52,317 bases of DNA from a virus (Duplodnaviria; Caudoviricetes). A program made the position numbers and the translations under genes. Below are positions 34,812 to 44,307 of the stretch, piece after piece. A model generated the notes under the pieces. That model did no database searches. It saw only the letters and a program-made list of their open reading frames with translations, and was not told the origin of the DNA. Where the stretch lies: the IMG/VR virus record IMGVR_UViG_3300021957_000053, positions 1 to 52,317 of that record. One strand, 5' to 3'. Within the stretch, counting starts at the first letter, position 1; each line of letters begins with the position of its first letter.

Positions 34812-36923
34812 ATGGAAGAAGAGTTTGAAGAAACAATAGATCTTGAAAGTTCTACTGCAATAGAAGATTCCAAAGAAAAAGATTATGATGATCCTTCTTC
34901 TGGAACTATTCTTAACTTTGTAAGAGAAAAATATTCAAAAGCATCTAATGCACGAGAGACAGAAGAAACTCGTTGGATACAAGCTTACAGAAATTATCGT
35001 GGTATCTATGGATCTGATGTACAATTTACTTCCACAGAAAAATCCAGAGTTTTTGTTAAAGTAACTAAAACAAAAGTACTTGCTGCCTATGGGCAAATTG
35101 TAGAGGTATTGTTTGGTAATAATAAATTTCCTATTACTGTTGATCCAACAACTTTACCAGAAGGTATTGCAGAGTCTGTTCACTTTGATCAAAATCCTGA
35201 AGCACAAAAAGCTGAAGCAAAAATAGAATTAGAACCGGGAGAGACCGCAAGATCTTTAAGGGATCGTATCGGAGGTTTAAAAAATAAACTAGCTTCAGTA
35301 GAAGATAAATTAAAAGAAGGTGCTGGTACAACTCCAAGTCAAATTACTTTTCATCCTGCAATGGTTGCAGCTAAAAAAATGGAAAAGAAAATACATGATC
35401 AACTAGAGGAATCTAATGCTAATAAACAACTTCGTGTAGCAGCATTTGAATGTGCTTTATTTGGTACTGGTATTATGAAAGGCCCATTTGCTGTAGATAA
35501 AGAGTATGCTAATTGGTCTGAGGATGGTGAGTATGCACCAACTATAAAGACAATACCTCAAACTTCTTCTGTATCTATTTGGAATTTTTATCCTGATCCT
35601 GATGCATCTAATATGGATGAAGCTGAGTATGTTGTTGAAAGACATAAAATGTCTCGTTCACAATTACGCTCTTTAAAGAAACGTCCTTTCTTTCGCTCAA
35701 ACAGTATTGACACTTCTATTTCTTTAGGTGAGTCTTATACTAAAGAGTGGTGGGAACAAGTAATGGAAGATGATGCTCAAGAGTCAAGAGCAGAACGTTT
35801 TGAAGTTTTAGAGTTTTGGGGTAATGTAGATACAGAAATTCTTGAGGGTCATGATATTGATATTCCAAGTGAGTTAAAAGACACTGATCAATTAAATGTA
35901 AATATTTGGGTTTGTAATGGTCAAGTACTTAGATTAGTTATGAACCCATTTACACCAACACTTATTCCATACTATGCTGTACCATATGAGGTAAGTCCTT
36001 ATAGTTTATTTGGTGTAGGTATTGCAGAGAATATGGATGATACACAAACTCTTATGAATGGTTTTATGCGTATGGCAGTAGATAATGCTGCTTTATCGGG
36101 TAATATGTTAATTGAAGTTGATGAAACTAACTTAGTACCGGGGCAGGACTTGTCTGTGTACCCCGGAAAAGTGTTCCGTAGACAAGGCGGTGCACCCGGA
36201 CAAGCCATTTTTGGTACTAAGTTTCCTAACGTATCTAACGAAAACATGCAAATGTTTGATAAAGCAAGGATATTAGCAGATGAGTCAACTGGATTTCCAT
36301 CTTTCGCACATGGTCAAACAGGGGTCAGTGGTGTTGGTCGTACTGCTTCTGGTATTAGTATGCTTATGTCTGCTGCCAACGGAAGCATTAGGAACGTTGT
36401 AAAGAATGTAGACGACTATTTACTCGGTCCTATAGCTAAAGCATTTTTTAATTTTAACATGCAGTTTAATTACGATGAAGAAATTAAAGGTGATTTAGAA
36501 GTAAAAGCTCGTGGCACTGAAAGTCTAATGGCTAATGAAGTACGTAGTCAAAGACTGATGCAATTCCTTGGTGTAGTGCAGAATCCTGTACTTGCTCCAT
36601 TTGCTAAGATGGACTATATCATACGTGAGATTGCTAAGTCTATGGATCTTGATCCTGATAAACTTACTAACTCTATGTCTGATGCTGCTGTTCAAGCTGA
36701 GATACTTAAAAAGTTTCAAGAGCAAAATCCACCTCCAGCACCACCTGAGGGTCAAGGCCCACCAACCCCACCGCAACCGGGAGCTAGTCCACAGGGACCA
36801 CCTGCGGGTGCTCAGGCTCAGGATACGTCAGGAGCAGGGGGAGGTACTATAGGAACTGGTACAGCCCCCCAGCCGGGAGAACAGGGCTTCTCAGGTAATA
36901 CTGGTGGGGCACCTGTACAGTGA
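34812..36923 (+). CDS. Portal protein
   Basis: 703 aa directly after TerL; ALFGTGIMKGP, FYPDP, RTASGISML; Pro/Gly-rich tail. Confidence 0.88.
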   Translation: MEEEFEETIDLESSTAIEDSKEKDYDDPSSGTILNFVREKYSKASNARETEETRWIQAYRNYRGIYGSDVQFTSTEKSRVFVKVTKTKVLAAYGQIVEVLFGNNKFPITVDPTTLPEGIAESVHFDQNPEAQKAEAKIELEPGETARSLRDRIGGLKNKLASVEDKLKEGAGTTPSQITFHPAMVAAKKMEKKIHDQLEESNANKQLRVAAFECALFGTGIMKGPFAVDKEYANWSEDGEYAPTIKTIPQTSSVSIWNFYPDPDASNMDEAEYVVERHKMSRSQLRSLKKRPFFRSNSIDTSISLGESYTKEWWEQVMEDDAQESRAERFEVLEFWGNVDTEILEGHDIDIPSELKDTDQLNVNIWVCNGQVLRLVMNPFTPTLIPYYAVPYEVSPYSLFGVGIAENMDDTQTLMNGFMRMAVDNAALSGNMLIEVDETNLVPGQDLSVYPGKVFRRQGGAPGQAIFGTKFPNVSNENMQMFDKARILADESTGFPSFAHGQTGVSGVGRTASGISMLMSAANGSIRNVVKNVDDYLLGPIAKAFFNFNMQFNYDEEIKGDLEVKARGTESLMANEVRSQRLMQFLGVVQNPVLAPFAKMDYIIREIAKSMDLDPDKLTNSMSDAAVQAEILKKFQEQNPPPAPPEGQGPPTPPQPGASPQGPPAGAQAQDTSGAGGGTIGTGTAPQPGEQGFSGNTGGAPVQ

Positions 36924-37114
36924 GCCAATTAAAGCTAGTCGTAAATAACAAACCTCAGTGGGATGCAATGCTGGAAGAAATTGACTTTCGCATTGCATTT
37001 ATACATAAACAAATGGAACAATACGATGACCCTGCAGAAATCTACAGGTTTCAAGGGGAGATTCGTGCATTAAGATCTTTAACTAAACTTAGGGATAAAG
37101 TTAATAATGGCTAG
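36920..37114 (+). CDS. Small conserved protein after the portal
   Basis: IYRFQGEIRALRSL; coupled on both sides. Confidence 0.75.
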   Translation: MSQLKLVVNNKPQWDAMLEEIDFRIAFIHKQMEQYDDPAEIYRFQGEIRALRSLTKLRDKVNNG

Positions 37115-40100
37115 TGTTGACGAACAAATGAAAAAAGGTATGGGCTATGGTGAACTAATCGTAGATAATATACTTGGCTTAGATAATGAGTATGAATCAT
37201 TTGGTGAAAAACTTGGCAAAGTTATTGATGAAGATGAGTTAAAATTTTTAAAGGATGCTGCAGTAGGAGTATACGAAGGGGCTAAGGAATTTATAACTAG
37301 CCCTGTAGAAACTACAAAAGAAGTTGTAACTAATATTAAAGACAGTGTACAAAGACTTGGTAGTGAAGATTTAGATACAAGACTACAAAATATGTATAGT
37401 GTATCATACGACCAAGCTACAGATCAACAGGTAAACTCTGCAAGAGAAGCTGTTATCGGTGATGCCATGACTGCATTAGAGTTAATTCCTGCAGCTAAAG
37501 CAGCAACAGTTACTGCAAAAGCAGCAAGTTCTGCTGTACCTAGTGGAGTTAAAGCTGATATAGTGGGTCAAACCAAAGCAGTCTTTGATGGTGACATGGA
37601 GTTTCTAAAAGGTACACCAACAGAACGTTCTGGTACTGTAGGTGTTGGTGCAGAAGTAGTTGGTCAAGATAATGTAAGTCTTGATGATATTAATGATTAT
37701 ATGGATTTAGAAGTACAACCTACTAAATCTAAAAAAGAAACAAATCCTTTAGTTAGAAGTGTAAATGCTAGTAATGTAGAGGTTCAAGCAGACTTAGCAG
37801 ATTTTCGTAGTTCTGTTTTAGGTTCTTTAGACAATCTTGCCATTGGTAAAGATGGTATGTCTGGCTTTCAAATCAAAAAGTTTTTAGAAAAGAGAGCACC
37901 GAAAATAAATAAAACAGAGTTGTATTGGTCAGGTCTTTTAGAAAACTTAGACGATAACAAAAAATATTCTAAACAACAATTAAAAACTCTTGCAGATAGA
38001 AATGTACCTAAAGTAGATATAGAAGTTCTTCGGAGTAATAAAACAAAATATCGTGGAGAACAAAGGGTAGTTTTTCAAAGCAACAATCCTAATGGAGATA
38101 TTATAAATCCTTTAGATAGTTATATAGAAATAATTCTTAGAAATAAAAACACTAAAGGCACTAAATATGATGCTGCTGATATGCATTTTTATTCGCCTGA
38201 AGGTGAAAATATTTTAGCTCATGTAAGAGGTAGTTTTGTAAAAACTGATGAAATTAAAGATTCAAATTTTCCAATAAAAGAAAAGTTTTTTATTGTTGAA
38301 GAACTACAAAGTGATGCTGTACAACAACACACAGTGGCAGATAAAGCAATTGCTAAAAAAATTAAAGAACAAGAAATATCTAAACCAACTTTAGGTGATA
38401 TAGGTCTTCACTATCAAACAGAGTTTGGTGATATAACTTTTTCTTATCACATGAAAGGTATTGATTTTACCGATAAGTTTGTAAACGATATGAATCGTTA
38501 CAATTATGACTTTAGATCTATAGGAGATCAAGACACTGCAGAACAAGCAGTAAACTTAGGTTTAACTAAGATCATAGATGATATAGCAAAGTTAAAAAGT
38601 GATTTTGTAGATGGTAATCGTACTAAAGATTCAATTGTATCTTTATTAAGTCAAGAATATGGCTTAAAAGAAAATTCTATTAAAAGAAGAAGTATAGAAG
38701 AATTAGATGAAGTTGATAATATTTTTGCAAATGTTTTAAGTGATTATGTTTTTGGTAAATCTGCTGCAAGAAAATTTAATAAAGAATATAATAATAAACT
38801 TAAAGAAGATTTAATAAATACTTTTAAAAGTATAAATATTACTGCTGGTATTGAAGAAGATTTAGTTCCAGCTAAACTTTCTGATACAATTAGAATGTCT
38901 TTGCTTGCTGTAATCAAAGAGTCTAAAGATAATGGTACAAATAAAATATATATTCCTACCCCTAAAGTTATAGCTAGAGCACATGATTTAAGTTTAGATG
39001 CCGCTAAGAATACTTATAGTGATGGTGTTAGAAAAGTTTTAAGGTCACTCAACAGTGAAACAAACGGTAAAATAAAATTTAAAAATAAAAATCCTGATAA
39101 TCTTATTTATTATGATGATATGAATGAAACAGGAATAGAAATAGATATTACAGATTTTGATTTACCAGATGATCCACAGTTTAGATTTGCCGAAGGAGGC
39201 GTAGTAAAAGATATGGATAACCAAATGAAAATGGCTCTTATGCAAGAGGGTGGATTACAAGACGATGGTATGAGTCAAGATCCTGTATCAGGTAATGAAA
39301 TACCTAATGGTTCTATGGCTAGTGAAGTTCGAGATGATATCCCTGCTCAATTATCTGAGGGTGAGTATGTTGTACCTGCTGATGTCGTTAGATTTTTTGG
39401 TGTAAAGTTTTTTGAAGATCTTCGTTCAGAAGCAAAAATGGGCTTGCAACAAATGGATAAAGATGGTAGGATAGGTGGTGAGCCAGTAGCTGTAACTGCT
39501 ATAATGGGTGCAGCACCTATTTCTGACGCAGAACTAGATCAACTTATTCAACAGGAACTAAGTCAAGAAGCTAAGCCAGCTATGGCTATGGGTGGTCTAA
39601 TGGCTAATCAGCAACCTACAATGCAACAGCAACAACCTATGATGCAACAGCAACAACCTATGATGCAACCTCAACCTAATCCGTATCAACAGCAACAACA
39701 AATGATGTACAATAAACCTACTATTAATATGAACAAAGGTGGTTTTATTTCTACTTCTATGGAGTCTCTTAGGGCTGGTTATGCTCCGGGAGGATCTGTA
39801 ACAGGATTTGATCCAAGTAAATATTCTTATGGTGGTACTGGTTCTGGTATGGGATCAGGTTTAAAGGTTATTCAATACGTTAATGATGCTGGAAATATTA
39901 GATGGTATACATTTATTGATGGTAAAATACAACCTCCCGGAACAAAAATACCTGCGGGTTATAAACCATCTGATCCTAGTTTAAATGCTCCACTGCCTGA
40001 AACTCCAGTAACACCTCCGCCTGATACTGGTGTAACTCCACCAGATTCAGGAGACAGAGATGACAAAGACGATGGTGGTGGTGGAAGTAAAGATCCGCAA

Positions 40101-40850
40101 GATCAAATAGAAGTTGACATGTCAAAAAAACTAAAAGAAGTTGATTGGGATGGAGATCTATTAGAACAAGCAAAAGGTTTTGTACAAGATAATCAAGGTC
40201 AAGACATATCTAAACTTGGCGGTGCTGCTGCATTACTAGGTGGACCCGGTGCTATTATAGGTGGTGTCATGGGTGTTGGCGGTAAAATAATGGAGCTTGA
40301 AGGTATTTCTAACGCTAGGGCTATGTCACTTATAGCAGAAGCCAGAGGAGATACAGAAGCTGCTAATAAAATTAATGAGTTTGTAGATTCTCATGTTAAA
40401 GCTAGAGGTGGACTAATAGATTTTGCAGATGGTTTTGTAGCTAAAGGAACAATGAGAGCTAATGACTTAGCTAAAGATTTTGGATTTGATAGCCTAGAGG
40501 ATGCAAAAGAAAATAAAGACGAATTTAACAAAACTTTTAAATCTAGAAAAACTGGATTTGTTGGTGTTATGGGGGATATGACAGCCCAAGAACGCAAAGC
40601 TATGGTTGATAAAGCAAATAAAGACGCTAAAGCTATACTTGATGCTAAAGCTGCTAAAGATAAAAAGTCTAGTGGTAGTAGTCGTGATGATGACTATAGT
40701 GCAGCAGATATGATGAGAGATCGATTAGATAGGATGTCTAAAGCTGAAGGACAATCTGGAGGTTTTCAAGGTAGTGTAACTAGTGGATCTGTTTACGCAG
40801 GAGGTAATAGGGCTAAAGGTGGATTAATGCTCAAGAAAAAAAATAAATAG
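37107..40850 (+). CDS. Large multidomain (polyvalent-like) protein
   Basis: 1247 aa; central HVR...EELQSD region; DDIPAQLSEGEYVVPADVVR domain; six hydrophobic/R-x-x-GG motifs; Q-rich repeat. Confidence 0.75.
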   Translation: MASVDEQMKKGMGYGELIVDNILGLDNEYESFGEKLGKVIDEDELKFLKDAAVGVYEGAKEFITSPVETTKEVVTNIKDSVQRLGSEDLDTRLQNMYSVSYDQATDQQVNSAREAVIGDAMTALELIPAAKAATVTAKAASSAVPSGVKADIVGQTKAVFDGDMEFLKGTPTERSGTVGVGAEVVGQDNVSLDDINDYMDLEVQPTKSKKETNPLVRSVNASNVEVQADLADFRSSVLGSLDNLAIGKDGMSGFQIKKFLEKRAPKINKTELYWSGLLENLDDNKKYSKQQLKTLADRNVPKVDIEVLRSNKTKYRGEQRVVFQSNNPNGDIINPLDSYIEIILRNKNTKGTKYDAADMHFYSPEGENILAHVRGSFVKTDEIKDSNFPIKEKFFIVEELQSDAVQQHTVADKAIAKKIKEQEISKPTLGDIGLHYQTEFGDITFSYHMKGIDFTDKFVNDMNRYNYDFRSIGDQDTAEQAVNLGLTKIIDDIAKLKSDFVDGNRTKDSIVSLLSQEYGLKENSIKRRSIEELDEVDNIFANVLSDYVFGKSAARKFNKEYNNKLKEDLINTFKSINITAGIEEDLVPAKLSDTIRMSLLAVIKESKDNGTNKIYIPTPKVIARAHDLSLDAAKNTYSDGVRKVLRSLNSETNGKIKFKNKNPDNLIYYDDMNETGIEIDITDFDLPDDPQFRFAEGGVVKDMDNQMKMALMQEGGLQDDGMSQDPVSGNEIPNGSMASEVRDDIPAQLSEGEYVVPADVVRFFGVKFFEDLRSEAKMGLQQMDKDGRIGGEPVAVTAIMGAAPISDAELDQLIQQELSQEAKPAMAMGGLMANQQPTMQQQQPMMQQQQPMMQPQPNPYQQQQQMMYNKPTINMNKGGFISTSMESLRAGYAPGGSVTGFDPSKYSYGGTGSGMGSGLKVIQYVNDAGNIRWYTFIDGKIQPPGTKIPAGYKPSDPSLNAPLPETPVTPPPDTGVTPPDSGDRDDKDDGGGGSKDPQDQIEVDMSKKLKEVDWDGDLLEQAKGFVQDNQGQDISKLGGAAALLGGPGAIIGGVMGVGGKIMELEGISNARAMSLIAEARGDTEAANKINEFVDSHVKARGGLIDFADGFVAKGTMRANDLAKDFGFDSLEDAKENKDEFNKTFKSRKTGFVGVMGDMTAQERKAMVDKANKDAKAILDAKAAKDKKSSGSSRDDDYSAADMMRDRLDRMSKAEGQSGGFQGSVTSGSVYAGGNRAKGGLMLKKKNK
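39621..39669 (+). repeat. 21-bp tandem repeat (MQQQQPM x2)
   Basis: ATGCAACAGCAACAACCTATG twice plus a partial third copy. Confidence 0.85.
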
Positions 40851-40927
40851 TACAGATTATTTAATAGGTATTCTATACTAGTAACGATAAGGCTACTCAG
40901 CTACGGCTGACCCCAACATAAAAGGAG

Positions 40928-41800
40928 ATGGATATGCCTGAACTAGCAGAGGTGGAAACACCAAAAACAGCAGGGTTTGTGAACCCTTCATACAGTAATC
41001 GTAATCGTAAACGGATTGAGGAAGAAGAAGAGGAATTAAAAAACTTTGAAGCAGACTCAAAAGAAGAAGTTGCCGAAGAAGAAACGACCGATACAGAAGA
41101 TAAAGAAGAGACGTTATCTAGAGAAGAAAAATCTTTTAAAAAAAGATATGGTGATCTTCGCAGACATATGAGCGAAAAAGAAAAAGAATGGAAAGAAAAA
41201 TTTGAAGGTCTTGAATCTCGTTTAGAAGATACGTCTATTATACCACCTAAGTCTGATGAAGACATTGCACAGTGGGCATCAAAGTATCCTGATGTAGCTG
41301 GAATAGTAGAAACTATTGCTACTAAAAAAGCACAGGAAATGTTTAGTAAGGCTGAACAACGATTAGAACAAATAGATGCTAAAGAAGCAGAGATGTCTAG
41401 AGCATCAGCGGAAGACACAATACGTAAAGCTCATTCTGATTTTGATAAACTAAGGCAGTCAGATAAGTTTCACGATTGGGTTGATGAACAACCTAAGTGG
41501 GTTCAAGATGCATTGTATGAAAATGCTGATGATCCTGATTCAGTAATACGTGTTATTGATCTTTATAAAGTTGATAACGGAATGACTAAGAGTGATTATG
41601 CTGCTAAACGTAGAGCGGCAGCAAGCACAGTTAAAAAAGGTTCTCGCACTAAACTTGATGCAGAAGAAACAAATGGTTCAATAAAAGAATCAGATGTAGC
41701 TAATATGTCTGCTAAAGAGTTTCAAAATCGAGAAGAAGAAATTACTAAAGCTATCCAGTCTGGTAAATTTATTTACGATATGTCTGGATCAGCACGGTAA
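40928..41800 (+). CDS. Capsid scaffolding protein (putative)
   Basis: Acidic, coiled-coil, FKKRYGDLRRH; immediately upstream of the capsid gene. Confidence 0.8.
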   Translation: MDMPELAEVETPKTAGFVNPSYSNRNRKRIEEEEEELKNFEADSKEEVAEEETTDTEDKEETLSREEKSFKKRYGDLRRHMSEKEKEWKEKFEGLESRLEDTSIIPPKSDEDIAQWASKYPDVAGIVETIATKKAQEMFSKAEQRLEQIDAKEAEMSRASAEDTIRKAHSDFDKLRQSDKFHDWVDEQPKWVQDALYENADDPDSVIRVIDLYKVDNGMTKSDYAAKRRAAASTVKKGSRTKLDAEETNGSIKESDVANMSAKEFQNREEEITKAIQSGKFIYDMSGSAR

Positions 41801-41807
41801 TATACTG

Positions 41808-41840
41808 TTGACAAATAAAAAACTAACAGTATAACTAGGG
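41808..41840 (+). promoter_or_regulatory. Capsid promoter, TATAACTA class
   Basis: TTGACA-N16-TATAACTAGGG. Confidence 0.7.
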
Positions 41841-42041
41841 AGTATAAAATAAAAGCCTCTTATGACTACCTTTTATTTTAACTCAATTTCTAACAAAGTC
41901 TAAACTATAAAGAACTACCTGTTCAAGTACAGGCCCGTATAACTAATGGTTGGCCGACTATTAGTCTTACGCACCCTAGAAAAGTAACAGCCTCTTATTG
42001 GTATTAGCTTTTAAATAAGCCAACTATCAGGAGGATTTATT
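41840..42041 (+). other. Long structured 5' leader of the capsid gene
   Basis: Hairpins at 41840-41884 and 41942-41965; AGCCTCTTAT at 41854 and 41989. Confidence 0.5.
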
Positions 42042-43115
42042 ATGGCTTTTACAACCGCATCTGGTTACGGGAACTTACCTAATGGTAATTTTAGCCCTGT
42101 AATCTATTCAAAAAAAGTACAGCTTGCTTTCCGTAAAGCAACTGTATGTGGTGACATCACCAACTCTGATTATTTTGGCGAAATTGCCGCTCAAGGCGAT
42201 ACCGTTAAAATTATTAAAGAACCTGAAATTTCCGTAAGCAGCTATGCTCGTGGTACACAAATTTCAGCACAAGATCTTGACGATGAAGATTTTTCTTTGG
42301 TCATTGATAAAGCTAACTATTTTGCTTTTAAAATGGACGATATTGAAGAAGCTCATAGTCACGTCAATTTTATGGATCTTGCAACCAACCGTGCAGCTTA
42401 TCGTTTGGCTGATCAACATGACCAAGAAGTTCTTGGCTATTTGTCAGGCTACAAGCAATCAGCTTTGCACACCGATGCAGATACAGTTAATGACCAAGTA
42501 AATGGTAGTAAAGCTGTAGTAACTGCTGGTTCTGATGAATTGCTAACTTCAATGAAACTCCGTAAGGATTCATTTGGCAACATCACAACAAGTTCTGCTG
42601 CGGATCACTCGATTCCAATTGCAGCACGTTTGCCGGGTGCAACTGCACTACCAACAGCAACAGCTTCACCAGCAATGGTTGTAGCTCGTATGGCTCGTTT
42701 GCTTGACCAACAACAAGTTGATAAGCAAGGTCGCTGGCTGGTCGTAGATCCAGTATTCATGGAAATCATGGCTGACGAAGATTCACGTCTTTTGAATGCA
42801 GATTACGGTGAGTCTGGTGCACTTCGTAATGGTTTGGTTCTCAACAACCTGCACGGCTTCCGTGTGTACTCTTCATCTAACCTACCTTCAGTAGGTACAG
42901 GTTCAGGTACAACAGGTTCCGCAAACCAAAACACTAACTATGGTGTTATCGTAGCTGGTCATGATTCTGCAGTAGCCACTGCCGAGCAGATCAACAAAAC
43001 TGAAACATATCGTGACCCTGACAGCTTCGCTGACATTGTTCGTGGTATGCATCTATATGGTAGGAAGATTCTTCGCCCTGAAGCAATCGTCACTGCCAAA
43101 TATAACGCAGCGTAA
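42042..43115 (+). CDS. Major capsid protein
   Basis: 357 aa; NFSPVIYSKK, GDTVKI, DSFADIVRGMHLYGRKILRPEA; AGGAGG RBS; codon usage typical of a highly expressed gene. Confidence 0.92.
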   Translation: MAFTTASGYGNLPNGNFSPVIYSKKVQLAFRKATVCGDITNSDYFGEIAAQGDTVKIIKEPEISVSSYARGTQISAQDLDDEDFSLVIDKANYFAFKMDDIEEAHSHVNFMDLATNRAAYRLADQHDQEVLGYLSGYKQSALHTDADTVNDQVNGSKAVVTAGSDELLTSMKLRKDSFGNITTSSAADHSIPIAARLPGATALPTATASPAMVVARMARLLDQQQVDKQGRWLVVDPVFMEIMADEDSRLLNADYGESGALRNGLVLNNLHGFRVYSSSNLPSVGTGSGTTGSANQNTNYGVIVAGHDSAVATAEQINKTETYRDPDSFADIVRGMHLYGRKILRPEAIVTAKYNAA

Positions 43116-43128
43116 GGGGAAATAAAAA

Positions 43129-43533
43129 ATGGCTTTACAAAACGTTAATGTTATTGAGGCAACTCTTGACTGTACAACAGTAACCGCAACTGGCGCTTAC
43201 TCAGTACTTACTATTCCTGCATACACAGTAGTTCTTGCTGCTGGTGTTGAAGTTACTGAAGCACTAACTGGTGCTTCTGCTTTAACTTTTGATGTAGGAA
43301 CTGGTGTTGATGATGACGAATGGGTAGCAGCTTATGCTATGGCTTCTAAAGCTGTAGGTGCTGTTGCTTCTTCAACTCCCGGTTTGTTTAATGCAGCCGC
43401 TGAAGACACCATTGATGTACAAGTTGATACTTTGACTGGTACAGTTACTGCAGGTAAACTTCGTGTTTGGGCAATCGTAGTAGATTGTGACGGACGTGAA
43501 GCAGAAGAAGTAGATCGTGATCTTCTTGCCTAA
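43129..43533 (+). CDS. Putative capsid decoration/cement protein
   Basis: 134 aa, beta-rich, co-transcribed with the capsid gene before a terminator. Confidence 0.6.
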   Translation: MALQNVNVIEATLDCTTVTATGAYSVLTIPAYTVVLAAGVEVTEALTGASALTFDVGTGVDDDEWVAAYAMASKAVGAVASSTPGLFNAAAEDTIDVQVDTLTGTVTAGKLRVWAIVVDCDGREAEEVDRDLLA

Positions 43534-43541
43534 AAAGTAAA

Positions 43542-43581
43542 GCTAAGGGGGCTGCTTAAAGTGGCCCTCTTAGTGTTTTTT
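43542..43581 (+). terminator. Rho-independent terminator after the capsid genes
   Basis: CTAAGGGGGCTGC-TTAAA-GTGGCCCTCTTAG followed by TGTTTTTT. Confidence 0.8.
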
Positions 43582-43596
43582 CTATAGGAAAATAAT

Positions 43597-44307
43597 ATGT
43601 CTACATTTGTACAACTTACCAATGAACTGCTAAGACGCTTAAATGAAGTGCCTCTGGATACAGCAGGTGATGGTTTTGATACAGTACGTAATGTGCAATC
43701 TGTAGCTAAAGATGCTATTAATAATAGCCTACGGCAAATATATCAAAGTGGTCAAGAATGGCCCTTTTTAAAAAATACATACACCCAAACACTAACAGCA
43801 GGAACTAGGTTATATAGTTTTCCTTCAGGATATTCTAGTGTTGATTGGGAAACATTTTATTTAAAAAAATTAACCTCTCAAGAAAATGAACCTAAAGTTC
43901 TTAAAGTTCTTTCTTATGAAGAGTATTTAAATAAGTATCGTCCTGTGGATGATAATGGAGATCAAACTAATGGAGACTCTGTACCTATTTTTGTTTATCA
44001 AACTTTTGGTGATCAATTTGGAATTACTCCAGTATCAAATGCTAGTTACGAAGTAGAATACATTTATTGGAGTGTCCCTTCTGATTTAAATAATTATGAT
44101 GATAGTTGTACAATTGCGGAAAGATTTGATCACATCATTGTTGATGGAGCTATGGCATATATGATGGCTTTTAGAAGTAACGACCAAAGCTCTGTTATGC
44201 ACCAACAAAAATTTGATGATGGTATTAAAACTATGAAAAGAGTTTTATTTGATGATGAATTACGTCTTAGATCAACGGTGATTGAAAGACCTAGATGGAC
44301 AATTTAA
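43597..44307 (+). CDS. Tail adaptor / tubular protein A-like
   Basis: FVQLTNELLRRLNE...WPF; located after the capsid genes. Confidence 0.7.
   Translation: MSTFVQLTNELLRRLNEVPLDTAGDGFDTVRNVQSVAKDAINNSLRQIYQSGQEWPFLKNTYTQTLTAGTRLYSFPSGYSSVDWETFYLKKLTSQENEPKVLKVLSYEEYLNKYRPVDDNGDQTNGDSVPIFVYQTFGDQFGITPVSNASYEVEYIYWSVPSDLNNYDDSCTIAERFDHIIVDGAMAYMMAFRSNDQSSVMHQQKFDDGIKTMKRVLFDDELRLRSTVIERPRWTI

Noticed and set aside
40896-40909. Hairpin TCAGC-TACG-GCTGA upstream of the scaffold gene as a terminator
   Set aside because: The stem is only 5 bp and there is no U tract; no function can be supported from the sequence alone.
43100-43135. Programmed frameshift or readthrough extending the capsid protein (T7 10B-like)
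   Set aside because: There is no clear slippery sequence before the TAA, and the next gene has its own RBS and ATG.
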